64,000 nt of DNA from Thainema sp. (lineage in GTDB: Bacteria > Cyanobacteriota > Cyanobacteriia > Phormidesmidales > Phormidesmidaceae), in assembly GCA_052168235.1 (NCBI GenBank), contig JBQLZK010000032.1, positions 13,145-77,144 on the forward strand, given 5' to 3'. Position 1 is the stretch's first letter. Each line of letters opens with the position of its first letter. Made by a program: the position numbers and the translations under genes. This document shows, one piece after another, positions 24,458 through 34,362 of this stretch. The notes below the pieces were generated by a model. The model made no database searches and was not told where the DNA came from. It saw only the letters and a program-made list of their open reading frames with translations.

Positions 24458-25105
24458 TTAGCGCTTGCGAGCAACAATATTATAAATATGCCAGTGTTTG
24501 TCTTCGCCAAGAGCCGTCTTACCCGGATGTTCTTCCTCATCTAAAAGCTCGATTTCGAAGGGAGCCAGTAGCCGCTCAATCTGCGGGCGAGTATGGTGAT
24601 TCACATTCGCATTACTCGCCCAAGAATCGCGATCGCCAAATAGATGCCCACAAAATCGTCCCCCCGATCGCAACGCCGCCACAATTTCTTCCCACAGATC
24701 TAAAAAGTGGCTGGGCGGACAAAACGGTAAGCAAAAGCTAGCATTAATCAAATCGACATCAGGCGGCAAGGTCAACTCTTCAAACCGCTGCACACGAGTT
24801 TCCAAATATGTTCGATCAATATCCTGGCGCTGACGAAGACGGGTCAGTGCTTCCGGCTCACCATCAATGGCTAAAACTCGCCAGTTGCGCCGCAGTAGTT
24901 CCACCGTATCGCGTCCGTTACCGCAGCCTAAATCAACTGCAAATCCAGCAGTCGGCTCCGCATTTGGCTCAGCCTGCGTCGTAAAGGAATTAAGCGCCGC
25001 TAATAAAGTTGCGCGGGGCGGACGATTGGAAACAGCCTGGTAGTAGTTAACCCAGCGGTCATGAAGCTGGTTGGCATCAGCAGCCGATAAGGTTGGATTG
25101 TCCAT
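24458..25105 (-). CDS. Class I SAM-dependent methyltransferase
   Basis: AVDLGCGNGRD motif I; LRSGGRF. Confidence 0.9.
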   Translation of the reverse strand: MDNPTLSAADANQLHDRWVNYYQAVSNRPPRATLLAALNSFTTQAEPNAEPTAGFAVDLGCGNGRDTVELLRRNWRVLAIDGEPEALTRLRQRQDIDRTYLETRVQRFEELTLPPDVDLINASFCLPFCPPSHFLDLWEEIVAALRSGGRFCGHLFGDRDSWASNANVNHHTRPQIERLLAPFEIELLDEEEHPGKTALGEDKHWHIYNIVARKR

Positions 25106-25229
25106 TTGCCATCTCGTCCAAAAGTCACACATTTTATGTTAAATCAGTTGAGTTTGGGTAGGGGCACGGCAATGCCGTGCCCCTACCTGGGTTAATTTGC
25201 AGAACAGGAATCAATCAATCTGCTAAAAG

Positions 25230-25838
25230 CTACAGCAGGGCAGGTATAGCTGCCGTGTTCTGTGTGTTTACCAACGGCTCACGAGCGGGTTGTGCAGGGG
25301 GTTCACCTTTGCAAAATGCGAGTTCCGCTTCCAGCTCATTAACAGCATCCCAAGCGGCTTCTGCTTCCGCTGCGTCAGGGCCAGCCTGAGCCTCAACGGC
25401 ACGAGCATTAGCCACTACTTCTTGCAGAGCCTTCTCTAATAGCGGCACTCGAGGATTCTCGATGAAGTCGCTCTTCGTGAGAATGTCCTGTATCGACACG
25501 ATGCCCAGCAAATCACCTTTGATGACGGGTGCGCGGTCAATGTTAGTCTGGGCAAATAAACGAGCCACATATTCAACGGCCAAGTCGGGATTAACGACCA
25601 CACAAGGTTTGGTCATTACCTCGTAAACCTTGACCTGCTTGGGATCTTTGCCATAAGCAATGACTTTACTGGCGATGTCTGTGTCGGTGACAATGCCGTA
25701 GGCATCTTCCTCGTGGCGGCGATCAACAATCAAGGAATGAATGCCTTTGAACTTCATGAGCCGAGCCGCGTCTGCTACGGTGGCAGAGCCTTTCACGATA
25801 GCGACATCTTCGGTCATTACATCTTTTGCTTTCGTCAT
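25230..25838 (-). CDS. CBS-pair protein fused to a CP12-like domain
   Basis: Tandem CBS (AKDVMT, YGIVTDTDI, VYEVMTKP) followed by AAWDAVNELEAE. Confidence 0.85.
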   Translation of the reverse strand: MTKAKDVMTEDVAIVKGSATVADAARLMKFKGIHSLIVDRRHEEDAYGIVTDTDIASKVIAYGKDPKQVKVYEVMTKPCVVVNPDLAVEYVARLFAQTNIDRAPVIKGDLLGIVSIQDILTKSDFIENPRVPLLEKALQEVVANARAVEAQAGPDAAEAEAAWDAVNELEAELAFCKGEPPAQPAREPLVNTQNTAAIPALL

Positions 25839-26027
25839 TGAGGTATCCTCATCTCTTTAATGCAATTGTTTAAGCGGTCACCCGCTAATACCTCTCAACT
25901 GGTCTGGAACATGAGCAGTATCTAGGTTTAAGCTTCAGTCACTGAAGCAAACCATACTAATCTGCTTGAACTGAAGAAGCCATCACCTCATATCAATAGG
26001 CATCACCTCCTTACTTGGTATGTCAAA

Positions 26028-26327
26028 TTAGGCTAGAGCTAAGGGTGCATAGACATGACAGCCTTTAGGACAAACGCGATCGCAGGCTTGGCAACCAATG
26101 CAGTTATCGGCATTGATCACGCTCATCACCTTGCGTTCAACTTCATCATCATCGTCATCTTCGTCTACGACTTCGCCTTCATCATTGAGGGCAATCAGCG
26201 CCATCACGCCTCGGCCACAGGCTTTGAAGCAGCGACCGCAGCCCAGGCAGGTTTCCCAATTAATCTTTTGCAGAAATTGAGGCGTCCAGGACTTGCCTCC
26301 AAACGTTAAACCAGTTGCGTAACTCAT
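26028..26327 (-). CDS. fdxB: Ferredoxin III, nif-specific
   Basis: [11 protein letters not shown], acidic insert, [12 protein letters not shown]. Confidence 0.92.
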   Translation of the reverse strand: MSYATGLTFGGKSWTPQFLQKINWETCLGCGRCFKACGRGVMALIALNDEGEVVDEDDDDDEVERKVMSVINADNCIGCQACDRVCPKGCHVYAPLALA

Positions 26328-26488
26328 CGTGAAATCCTCTCAAAATACATCGGCAGATGTGAGCAGATATGGGCAAATACATGACTTGTACTAAGTCTGG
26401 TTGAAAACCCATCATTTATTTTTTGTGAAACCCTTGCAGAGAAAACGTTTTACAAAAATAAATTGGGGTCTGATACACAGACTTGACA

Positions 26489-26740
26489 TTAAGATGCTCG
26501 GGTTCGCACATAAATTGCCTGAATCATGGCGTGATCTAGGGTTAGTTGCTGATTCCGAGTCCGAACGATGAAGCGTGGAAATCGCTGTTCGAGCGTAATC
26601 GGTGTTCCTGGCGATAAGCCAATTGAGCTGAGCTTTTGCAAAAGGGTTGGATCACTTTCTGTAAAGCGGGCAATGACGCCCCGTTCACCAACTTTTAGCA
26701 GCTTGAGTGAAGTCCCAGACAGGGTGAAACCAGTAAACAT
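26489..26740 (-). CDS. feoA: FeoA family protein
   Basis: LKVGERGVI...KLSSIGLSPGTPI. Confidence 0.82.
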   Translation of the reverse strand: MFTGFTLSGTSLKLLKVGERGVIARFTESDPTLLQKLSSIGLSPGTPITLEQRFPRFIVRTRNQQLTLDHAMIQAIYVRTRAS

Positions 26741-26802
26741 GTGCAACTTCTCCCAGAATAGTGGAATGGAACCAGAGCAAGGCTTACGGCATTGAGGCTA
26801 CG

Positions 26803-27102
26803 TTAAACAAGATAGGCTTCCATATGAGTTTTAATCGTGCAGTCTGAGCGGGGATAGGCAGAGCAGAGTACGACAAAACCCTTGGCAATTTGGTCGTCAT
26901 CTAGGAATGACTGGTCTTCCTGATCGATTTCGCCTTCAACTAATTTGCCAACACAGCTAGAGCAGGCACCGGAACGGCAGGAAAAGGGCAGATCAATATC
27001 GTTCTCTTCAGCCGCATCAATGATATAGGTATCGTCGTCAACCGGAATTGTGATGTCGATTTGACGCTTTTTATTGATTAGGCGAACTTGGTAGGTAGTC
27101 AT
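26803..27102 (-). CDS. fdxH: 2Fe-2S ferredoxin FdxH
   Basis: [24 protein letters not shown]; nif context. Confidence 0.9.
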   Translation of the reverse strand: MTTYQVRLINKKRQIDITIPVDDDTYIIDAAEENDIDLPFSCRSGACSSCVGKLVEGEIDQEDQSFLDDDQIAKGFVVLCSAYPRSDCTIKTHMEAYLV

Positions 27103-27323
27103 GGTGGGGTTCCTCAAGGATTAGTGGTTAATAGTGGATAAGTGGAAAGGTGAGGAGTTGAGGAGTAAGGAGTAAAAGTAGGGTGGGCATTGCCCACCAA
27201 TTTCACAAAGTGGTTAGAGCCATACAAAACCCATTTGTCATAAAGACTGAGCGAGTTTCTGGCGCTTACTGATTCGGTGGGCGGTGCCCACCCTACAGCG
27301 CCTTACTCCTCACTCCTCACTTC

Positions 27324-27689
27324 CTACGAACATGGCACTCCTGCTGGGCTACAGTCTCCGGCTTGGAAGGATTTCCCACAGCCGCAGGCGTCGGTGGCGT
27401 TGGGATTGGTAAACTTGAAGCCGCTTTCGAGCATGCTGTCGATGTAGTCTACGACGATGCCGTTGAGGAGTGGAGCGCTCTTGGGATCGATGAAGACTCG
27501 GAGACTGCCGGATTGAACGACTTCATCGTTGGGACTGGGTGCATCGGCAATCTTGATATCGTATTCGTAGCCGTTGCAGCCGCCATCTTTGACCGCTAAG
27601 CGGACACCGCGTTCAGGCGTATAGTTAGGGGTGCCACGCACGAAGGTACGCAGGCGCAGTTCCGCTAATTCAGTGAGAGTAACAGTCAT
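27324..27689 (-). CDS. hesB: HesB/IscA Fe-S assembly protein
   Basis: GGCNGYEY, NPNATDACGCGKSF. Confidence 0.95.
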   Translation of the reverse strand: MTVTLTELAELRLRTFVRGTPNYTPERGVRLAVKDGGCNGYEYDIKIADAPSPNDEVVQSGSLRVFIDPKSAPLLNGIVVDYIDSMLESGFKFTNPNATDACGCGKSFQAGDCSPAGVPCS

Positions 27690-27979
27690 AGGAGTCTCCT
27701 CGAATGGGGTTTGTAGTCAGATCTACATTGGGTTCTGAACAGGCAGTATTTGGGACAATTGGACTTGAGGATGCGATCGCAGGGTGTACAGGTGGGACAT
27801 ACCATCAACGCAATTAGCACACCAGTTTTGAGCAGCCAAGGAGCAGCGACTAAGCCTGCCATCAGGCTGACTAGAGCCAGTGAGATTTCAAGAAACTGAA
27901 TCACCTCATCGATCTGGCGCTGACCATGTAACCAAAGTGCGATCGCGCATCCGAATAGAAATAGGGCAATCCAAAGCAT
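27686..27979 (-). CDS. Small membrane protein with Cys-rich C-terminus
   Basis: Hydrophobic segments followed by CPTCTPC...CPKYC...C; stop overlaps the hesB start (ATGA). Confidence 0.6.
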   Translation of the reverse strand: MLWIALFLFGCAIALWLHGQRQIDEVIQFLEISLALVSLMAGLVAAPWLLKTGVLIALMVCPTCTPCDRILKSNCPKYCLFRTQCRSDYKPHSRRLL

Positions 27980-28063
27980 AATTTGGGCCAGAATTCAGCA
28001 GGTTGCAACGGGCTTGAAATCGCGATTGGGTAAGCGATCAGACAATTGATTGGCCAAATGATC

Positions 28064-28813
28064 TCAACTGAGCTGGCCGCAAACTGGGCAGTCCAGATCG
28101 TGATAGGAACGGCGTTTGGCAAACTCAGCGCGGGCTAAGTCCATCGTCAGCAACTGACCGAGTAACGGTTCACCCAAACCCGTGATCAGCTTGACCGCTT
28201 CCAGAGCAGCGAGGCAGGCCAATGTCCCGGATACTGCGCCCAGAACGCCAAAGCCCCAGCGATCCCACTCTGGCTTTTCGGGAAATAGGCAGGTGAGACA
28301 GGGCGTTTGCCCCGGCACGATGGTGGTCAAATAGGCATCCATGCTGTTCATGGCGGCCTCTACCATCGGCTTGCCCCAGCGGACACAGGCCGCATTCAGC
28401 AAGTCACGCTCCTTGAAGTCAAAGGCGCAATCGAGGGCGATATCGGCCTGCTGTACCAAAGCGTCAATGTTATCGGCACTGACGTACTCACACACTGCTT
28501 CAATTTCAATATCAGGATTCAGTTTAGCTAGCGTCTCCTGAGCCTTGAAAACACGTGGTTTGCCGACCCAATCATCCGTCATTAATATCTGACGATTGAG
28601 ATCGTCTCGCTGGAGATCACCACCGCGCACGAGGATGAGCTTACCCACACCCGCAACGGCCAGGTAAAGCGCTGCCGTCCCGCCCAAGCCACCCACTCCA
28701 GTGACCAAAGCCGTGGTGTTTTTCAGCTGTTGCTGACCGACTTCGCCCAGCCCAGGCAGCATGATCTGGCGGCGATAGCGTTCGAGTTCAGTTGCGGTTA
28801 GGGTTGGTAGCAT
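28064..28813 (-). CDS. hesA: HesA (ThiF/MoeB family)
   Basis: ERYRRQ, GVGGLG, DLNRQIL, PCLTC, CPVC. Confidence 0.94.
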   Translation of the reverse strand: MLPTLTATELERYRRQIMLPGLGEVGQQQLKNTTALVTGVGGLGGTAALYLAVAGVGKLILVRGGDLQRDDLNRQILMTDDWVGKPRVFKAQETLAKLNPDIEIEAVCEYVSADNIDALVQQADIALDCAFDFKERDLLNAACVRWGKPMVEAAMNSMDAYLTTIVPGQTPCLTCLFPEKPEWDRWGFGVLGAVSGTLACLAALEAVKLITGLGEPLLGQLLTMDLARAEFAKRRSYHDLDCPVCGQLS

Positions 28814-29030
28814 AGTGAATTCGTGCGTAGATTGGTGACAGAAAGTAGAACTGATATCAAGCCTGTGTATAAGAACCCAATTTATTTTTTGTAAAACGTT
28901 TGCTCCGCAAACGTTTTACAAAAAATAAATGATGGGTTTTCAACCAGACTTGATAGGAGCTGGCTGGCCTGCTGATGCTAGGTTTCGTGCCTCAACTCAA
29001 CCGACGGTTTGCAAGTGCTGAGCCGAGCGG

Positions 29031-29348
29031 CTATTCCATCTCGATATCAGACAGCATCACAACGTTCTTCGGCTTGTCTTTGAAAACCTTGAATAGCTTT
29101 TGCTCAACGGAACTTGACGTAACGAACAGGATATAAGCATTCTGTAGTTCCTGCCGATAGGCAGCTAGCAAGGCATCCTCGCTTTGATTCTTATCTACAG
29201 ACTGCACCAGTTGAGAAAACTTACGCAGAATATGCAAACGGTTAACGTTCACCACCTTGGGATCGTAGTCCAGGCCAAAGAATTCAAGATATTCTTCAGC
29301 ATCTTTCAACTGGTTGAACTGAGCTAGGGATAAGGTTAGGGTCGTCAT
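29031..29348 (-). CDS. nifW: Nitrogenase-stabilizing protein NifW
   Basis: AEEYLEFFGLDYDPKVVNVNRLHILRKF. Confidence 0.95.
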   Translation of the reverse strand: MTTLTLSLAQFNQLKDAEEYLEFFGLDYDPKVVNVNRLHILRKFSQLVQSVDKNQSEDALLAAYRQELQNAYILFVTSSSVEQKLFKVFKDKPKNVVMLSDIEME

Positions 29349-29563
29349 TGGGCGGCCTCCAGGGTTTTTAGCTGTTGTTTGAGTTCGCGGAGTTGACAGT
29401 AGATAGCGTAGGTACGCTCAGCGGCTTCTGGTAATTGTTCGAGGTCATTCGGTAAACCTTCAGCAATATCGTGAAGATCCATCTTCATCTGACCCGCTTT
29501 GCTGTTCAGCCGTTTGATTTGCTGCTTGAGTTCGTCAACGGTAGGTTCAGTGATCTGAGTCAT
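29345..29563 (-). CDS. DUF683 / CCE_0567 family nif protein
   Basis: KRLNSKAGQMKMDLHDIAEGLP. Confidence 0.9.
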   Translation of the reverse strand: MTQITEPTVDELKQQIKRLNSKAGQMKMDLHDIAEGLPNDLEQLPEAAERTYAIYCQLRELKQQLKTLEAAQ

Positions 29564-29641
29564 AGGAGAACAAAGCTTGAGACATGAAAGGTCGGGAGTG
29601 AAGGAAGTAGGGGCGACTGGCAGTCGCCCAGAGGATTAGGG

Positions 29642-30121
29642 TTAAATATCACACACTTCAGGATACTTGCGAGCCAGATCAACCCCTTTCTGCACCAGCT
29701 TTTCACCTTCAGCATTGAGCTTTTCCAGAGTGTCAAAACCAAAGCGTTGAGCATCACGCAGGGTCTTGGAAACTAGGATTAAGCGACCGGAGAAGATCAG
29801 CGCCCAGCCAAAGCCTTCGTGGCTCAAATCCACAACCACTTGGGAAAGCTGGCCCGTTTCTTCCTCAATCCGAGCTGCGATCGCACGATAGAAACCCAAA
29901 ATTCGGCTCAGCGTGATCGGGTCTACATCGCCTTCTACCGGAATCTCTCGACGCTGCTTCTTGGGAATCACATAGGGCTTTAGCAGCAGCTCATCACTCC
30001 AATTTTGGTAAGTACCATAGGGATCATTGGCGCGAATTTGCTGAACAATGGCTTTGAGAAAGGGCGAATTATCGACCAGTAGCGCTGCGCTAAACGTGTC
30101 AGGAGTTTCAACTGGACTCAT
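29642..30121 (-). CDS. NifX-associated protein (DUF269)
   Basis: SHEGFGWALIFSGRL, LRDAQRFGF. Confidence 0.92.
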   Translation of the reverse strand: MSPVETPDTFSAALLVDNSPFLKAIVQQIRANDPYGTYQNWSDELLLKPYVIPKKQRREIPVEGDVDPITLSRILGFYRAIAARIEEETGQLSQVVVDLSHEGFGWALIFSGRLILVSKTLRDAQRFGFDTLEKLNAEGEKLVQKGVDLARKYPEVCDI

Positions 30122-30555
30122 ACAAGTACCTCTTCTTCAACTGTGTCAAAATCATCATCGAACTGGCTGGCTGCTTGGGCTGCTTTTCCCTTTTGTAGAG
30201 CCTTACGCAGCCAAGGTGGTGGGCTGCTGTTGAGGGTCTTCACCAACCGAGTCAGCACGGCTTCAATTTTGTCATCTTCAGACTCTGCTTTAATCGGTGT
30301 GATGTTGCGGTGAATTAGGCGAGCGGCTGCGCTACCACCAATGGCAGCTACATAGACAATCGTGCAGTCGTGTAAGGCTTTCAGCTTCGGCTCCAGCTTG
30401 TCTTCATTGCCATCTTCTTTGAGGTCGCCTGTGAACTCTAAGGCTTCTACAAAGTTGTAGCCTTCTGTATCAACCTCATACACATCAATCTGATTAGCCC
30501 AGCCAAAGTGAGCATTAATATGAACGGAATCCTTGGTTGTGAATGCTATTTTCAT
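30118..30555 (-). CDS. nifX: FeMo-co carrier NifX
   Basis: MKIAFTT...INAHFG, DGNEDKL, IGGSAAA. Confidence 0.95.
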   Translation of the reverse strand: MKIAFTTKDSVHINAHFGWANQIDVYEVDTEGYNFVEALEFTGDLKEDGNEDKLEPKLKALHDCTIVYVAAIGGSAAARLIHRNITPIKAESEDDKIEAVLTRLVKTLNSSPPPWLRKALQKGKAAQAASQFDDDFDTVEEEVLV

Positions 30556-30592
30556 CAGTTGTCTCCGTTTGAGAATAAAACTTCCTCTCGTT

Positions 30593-33397
30593 TCACTCCT
30601 GTCTCCACCCCTGCACCAGCTCATGCGCGTGCTCCTCGTCTGCTTCCATAAAGATGTTGCCAATGTCGAAAAGGAGCTGGGTGGTGCCGTCGTAGCCGAC
30701 AATGCAGCGGCGACCATTGCCAAGGCGGTCGAAGATCGGAAAGCCCAAGCGATAGAGCGGAATCTCCAACTGCTTCGAGAGCGCTTTGGCGTTGGAATTA
30801 GCAATCAGCAGATCTGCCCCGTTTGCCAACTGGGCAAAATCTTCTAGGTCGCCAATGGTGACCGTCTCAATCGGCAAATCCTTGAGCAGCTTGGACTTCG
30901 TGGTGGTAACAGCCGCATGAACTTTCGCTCCAGTGGTAGTGAGCCACCATGCGATCGCATGTAGCAAATCGGGTTCCAGAGCCAGAGCCACTCGCTTGCG
31001 ACCAAAGAAGAAATGGGTATCCAGAATGGCATCCTGAAGCTGGCGGCGCTGGTGCAGGTATTTTGCGGGAACAGGTTGACCACTAATGACAGAAAGTTTA
31101 TCTAAAAACTGATCGACGGCAGCTAGACCTGTCAGGCTGTTAAGTACGGTAAACTCAGTGCCAAACCGCTGTTGCAGGATCGCGGCGGCGGCGGTCATCG
31201 TATCGCCAATCGCTAAGGTCAAGATAGAGCGATTGAGCGATCGCAACTCTGCCAAGGTCGTACCACCTGTGGTCACAGCGCTATATTCGTCCGATAAATG
31301 CCCATCCAGAGAAGCGGATAAATCCGGTAGCACCACAGGCTTTAGACCAAAGGCTTCTACCATATCTTTGACCGCCTGCACATCACCTGGAGCCAGAGAC
31401 GATCCGACCAACACCGTTACCTGCTGCTCGGCAGTCGGAACTGGATGGGGATAGTAGGGGTCGGTGTGCAGCGCATCTAAATCAAAGCCATTCTCATGAC
31501 CGATCGGAATATCTCGCACCAGTGCTTCAACCGCCGTCGCATAGCCATCCTGCAATGCCCCCTTAAAGTCCGGCGTAGATGCAAATGCAATCGGTAGATT
31601 AGCTAGTTCGGGCCGATTCTGCCGAATCGTGCGCAGGATGCCCTGCATATCATCCCCCCTTGTCTCTGTAAGCCCTGTGGTGCAAAGGCCAATCACCTCT
31701 GGCTGCGCCTTTTCAAGCAGAGTCAGAATCGCGGTTTCGATATTTTCTTCTCCACCCAGAATAGTGGTCACCTCCGTCATCGCCGTCGTAGACATCGGAA
31801 TCGCTTCCCGGAAGTGGCGCACCAGCATCACTTTGGCAAACGCCGTACAGCCCTGCGACCCGTGGAATAGCGGCATGATGCCTTTGACGCCTAAGAAAGC
31901 TAGCGATGCTCCCAGCGGCTGGCTTTGCTTCAGAGGATTGACGGCAACGGACTTTTTGCGAGCGACAATTTTGGTGGGAGGGTGGATGGGTGGATGGGTG
32001 GATGGGTGGATTGCATCAGCTCCCTTGCTCTCTTCCCACGGCGCAGCCAACCGCACCTGTTGCCAAATCGGACTATGCAGCGCTTCATCCAGCTCCTTAG
32101 CCATTTCAATCATGCCGACATAGCCAGCGTAGGGATGGTGGCGTTCTTGGTTAATATCGAGGAAGGGAATACGGGCTTTGAGGGCAGTGTACTGGTTGCG
32201 ACCTCCGGCAATCAGCATGTCGGCATTGGTCTTGGCGATCACCTTCAGCAGCTCTTGGGCGTTCCCCTTCTGCATCATAATGCCGTCTTTGCCCAGCAGC
32301 TCTTTAATCCGAGCCTTATCTTCCTCAGTACTCTTTTTGGTACTGGTGGCAACTACTTCAATTCCAAGGTCTTGAGCCGCAGAGATAATCGACCAGCTCT
32401 TAACGCCGCCCGTGTAGAGCACAACGCGCTTGCCCTGGAGTCGCTGGCGATAGGGTTCTAGAGCCTGATTAAGCTTAGCGGTTTCCTCCGCAATCAGATC
32501 TTCGACACGAGCTTTGAGGTCATCGTCATTGAAATGAGCTGCGATCGCACGAAGCAAGTTATTCATATCTTCCACGCCATAAATTGACGCTTCGATATAG
32601 GGAATGCCATAGCGCTCCTGCATCTTGTGCGCCATATTAATCAGCGCCTTTGAGCAGATCATCACATTGAGCTTGGCTCGGTGAGCACAGGTGATTTCTT
32701 TGTAGCGGGCATCGCCAGTAATCTTAGCTAGTACACGGATACCCAGCTTTTCCAGCAGCGGCACCACGCCCCACATTTCACCAGCGATATTGTATTCACC
32801 AATCAAGTTAATGTCATAGGGAGTCGTATATTCCGGTTCACCTGTGCCGACAACATACTCCAGCAGCGCCTCACCGCCGATCCGGTTGCCCAGGTTCTTG
32901 CTGCCCACAAAGCCAGGAGAACTAACGGGTACAACAGGTAAACCAAACTTTTTAGTTGCCGCCTGACAAACCGCATCCAAATCATCCCCAATCAATGCCG
33001 TCACACAGGTCAGGTAAACGAATACTGCCGCCGGGTTATACCGTTCCTTAACCTCGTGAATCGCCTTATAAAGCTTCTTTTCGCCGCCGAAGATAATGTC
33101 GTTTTCGCTTAGATCCGTCGTAAAGCCCATCTTGTAAATCATGGGTCCAGACGAAAGGCTACCCCGACTGCCCCACGAGTTGCCCGCACAAGCAATGGGG
33201 CCATGTACCAAATGCGCCACATCCGTGATAGGAACTAAGGCAATACTGGCTCCATCGAAGGCGCATCCGCCCTGAGCCGCACCGGGTTGAGCTTGCTGCT
33301 GACAGGCTTTGTTCTTACCCTTCTCACCTTTCTTGTGATTATGCTCACAGCCCGGCTGGGTCAGCAGTTCGTTGATTTTACCAGCAGTCATTTTCAT
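30593..33397 (-). CDS. nifEN: Fused NifE-NifN scaffold protein
   Basis: NifE ([16 protein letters not shown]) and NifN ([20 protein letters not shown]) lie in one continuous frame. Confidence 0.95.
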   Translation of the reverse strand: MKMTAGKINELLTQPGCEHNHKKGEKGKNKACQQQAQPGAAQGGCAFDGASIALVPITDVAHLVHGPIACAGNSWGSRGSLSSGPMIYKMGFTTDLSENDIIFGGEKKLYKAIHEVKERYNPAAVFVYLTCVTALIGDDLDAVCQAATKKFGLPVVPVSSPGFVGSKNLGNRIGGEALLEYVVGTGEPEYTTPYDINLIGEYNIAGEMWGVVPLLEKLGIRVLAKITGDARYKEITCAHRAKLNVMICSKALINMAHKMQERYGIPYIEASIYGVEDMNNLLRAIAAHFNDDDLKARVEDLIAEETAKLNQALEPYRQRLQGKRVVLYTGGVKSWSIISAAQDLGIEVVATSTKKSTEEDKARIKELLGKDGIMMQKGNAQELLKVIAKTNADMLIAGGRNQYTALKARIPFLDINQERHHPYAGYVGMIEMAKELDEALHSPIWQQVRLAAPWEESKGADAIHPSTHPPIHPPTKIVARKKSVAVNPLKQSQPLGASLAFLGVKGIMPLFHGSQGCTAFAKVMLVRHFREAIPMSTTAMTEVTTILGGEENIETAILTLLEKAQPEVIGLCTTGLTETRGDDMQGILRTIRQNRPELANLPIAFASTPDFKGALQDGYATAVEALVRDIPIGHENGFDLDALHTDPYYPHPVPTAEQQVTVLVGSSLAPGDVQAVKDMVEAFGLKPVVLPDLSASLDGHLSDEYSAVTTGGTTLAELRSLNRSILTLAIGDTMTAAAAILQQRFGTEFTVLNSLTGLAAVDQFLDKLSVISGQPVPAKYLHQRRQLQDAILDTHFFFGRKRVALALEPDLLHAIAWWLTTTGAKVHAAVTTTKSKLLKDLPIETVTIGDLEDFAQLANGADLLIANSNAKALSKQLEIPLYRLGFPIFDRLGNGRRCIVGYDGTTQLLFDIGNIFMEADEEHAHELVQGWRQE

Positions 33398-33549
33398 GGC
33401 AGTTGGGGAGGTAAGGAGCAAAGAGTAAAGCGTGAGGCGTGAGGCGCTAAATCTGGACGTAGGGGCGAAGCATTTGGGTTAGAAGTTATAAATATGACTC
33501 AAAGGCCGTTGACCAAATGCTTCGCCCTCCTTCGCCCTACCGATGAAAT

Positions 33550-33873
33550 TCAGCAAAGGTACTGGGTGACATCTTCGCCACAGACATCTGCCAGATAACC
33601 CAAAGAGCGAAACCGTAAACCGACCAGTTCGTTATAAAGCGGATTGAGTTTGCACAGAGCTGGAATATGAACCGTGCGGCCAAATAGAGAAATATCTCGT
33701 TCAAAGGGGCAGCAGCAGGGAACAACTCGGCAAACCAGATGAGCAAAATGACGGTTGGTGACTTTAATCTGCTCAACCCAGCGACGCAGCGGTCTGAGTA
33801 GGTCAAAGCCAGGTAATTTTCGAGGCTCTGCCGCAACAGATTGGGGATGGGAGTGTGGTGTGAGGAGTACCAT
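33550..33873 (-). CDS. Mo-dependent nitrogenase C-terminal domain protein
   Basis: PCCCPFERDI...HIPALCKLNPLYNELVGLRFR. Confidence 0.9.
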   Translation of the reverse strand: MVLLTPHSHPQSVAAEPRKLPGFDLLRPLRRWVEQIKVTNRHFAHLVCRVVPCCCPFERDISLFGRTVHIPALCKLNPLYNELVGLRFRSLGYLADVCGEDVTQYLC

Positions 33874-33964
33874 AGGTTGGCCTCAGAAATAGCAATTTAC
33901 GATTTGAATTTTGATGTGCCTTGATCGAAAATCAGCAATCTAAAATCCAAAATCCAAAATATAC

Positions 33965-34258
33965 TTACCAGTCTTCTTGCTCGATCAGCGGCTTATGATC
34001 TTCGGCCAGTTCCAATTCGCGACTGAGGCAACCAACTACAAAGTTGGATTCCAGAAAATGCACGGAGTAGATGTAAGCCCGCTGTAGGTAAGTCCCAATG
34101 CCGACAATGTAGCCAATGTCGCCTTTCTTCGCCAGATGGAAACCAATATCTTTGCCGGGAAAGGTGCCGTCGTTACGGATCAATTTACGGGTGCGAACAC
34201 GCTGGCCCATATCAAAAATAGGTGGCCCATCCAGTTCAATTTCTTCGCTGAGTTTCAT
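33965..34258 (-). CDS. nifZ: NifZ
   Basis: IRNDGTFPG, GDIGYIVGIGTYLQ. Confidence 0.93.
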   Translation of the reverse strand: MKLSEEIELDGPPIFDMGQRVRTRKLIRNDGTFPGKDIGFHLAKKGDIGYIVGIGTYLQRAYIYSVHFLESNFVVGCLSRELELAEDHKPLIEQEDW

Positions 34259-34362
34259 GAAATTCTCCAGTGAAGGGTCAAATGTAGGGGCGAATGGTAT
34301 TCGCCTGTACGGGCAAGGTTCAGGTGTAGGGGCGAATGGCATTCGCCCCTAAGGGAGACGAA

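Noticed and set aside
28064..28813. ThiF/E1-like defence or RiPP enzyme
   Set aside because: Sequence and position match the ordinary nif-cluster HesA.
30556..30804. Long N-terminal extension of NifX in the ORF track
   Set aside because: It overlaps nifN; the real start is the ATG at 30555 after GGAG.
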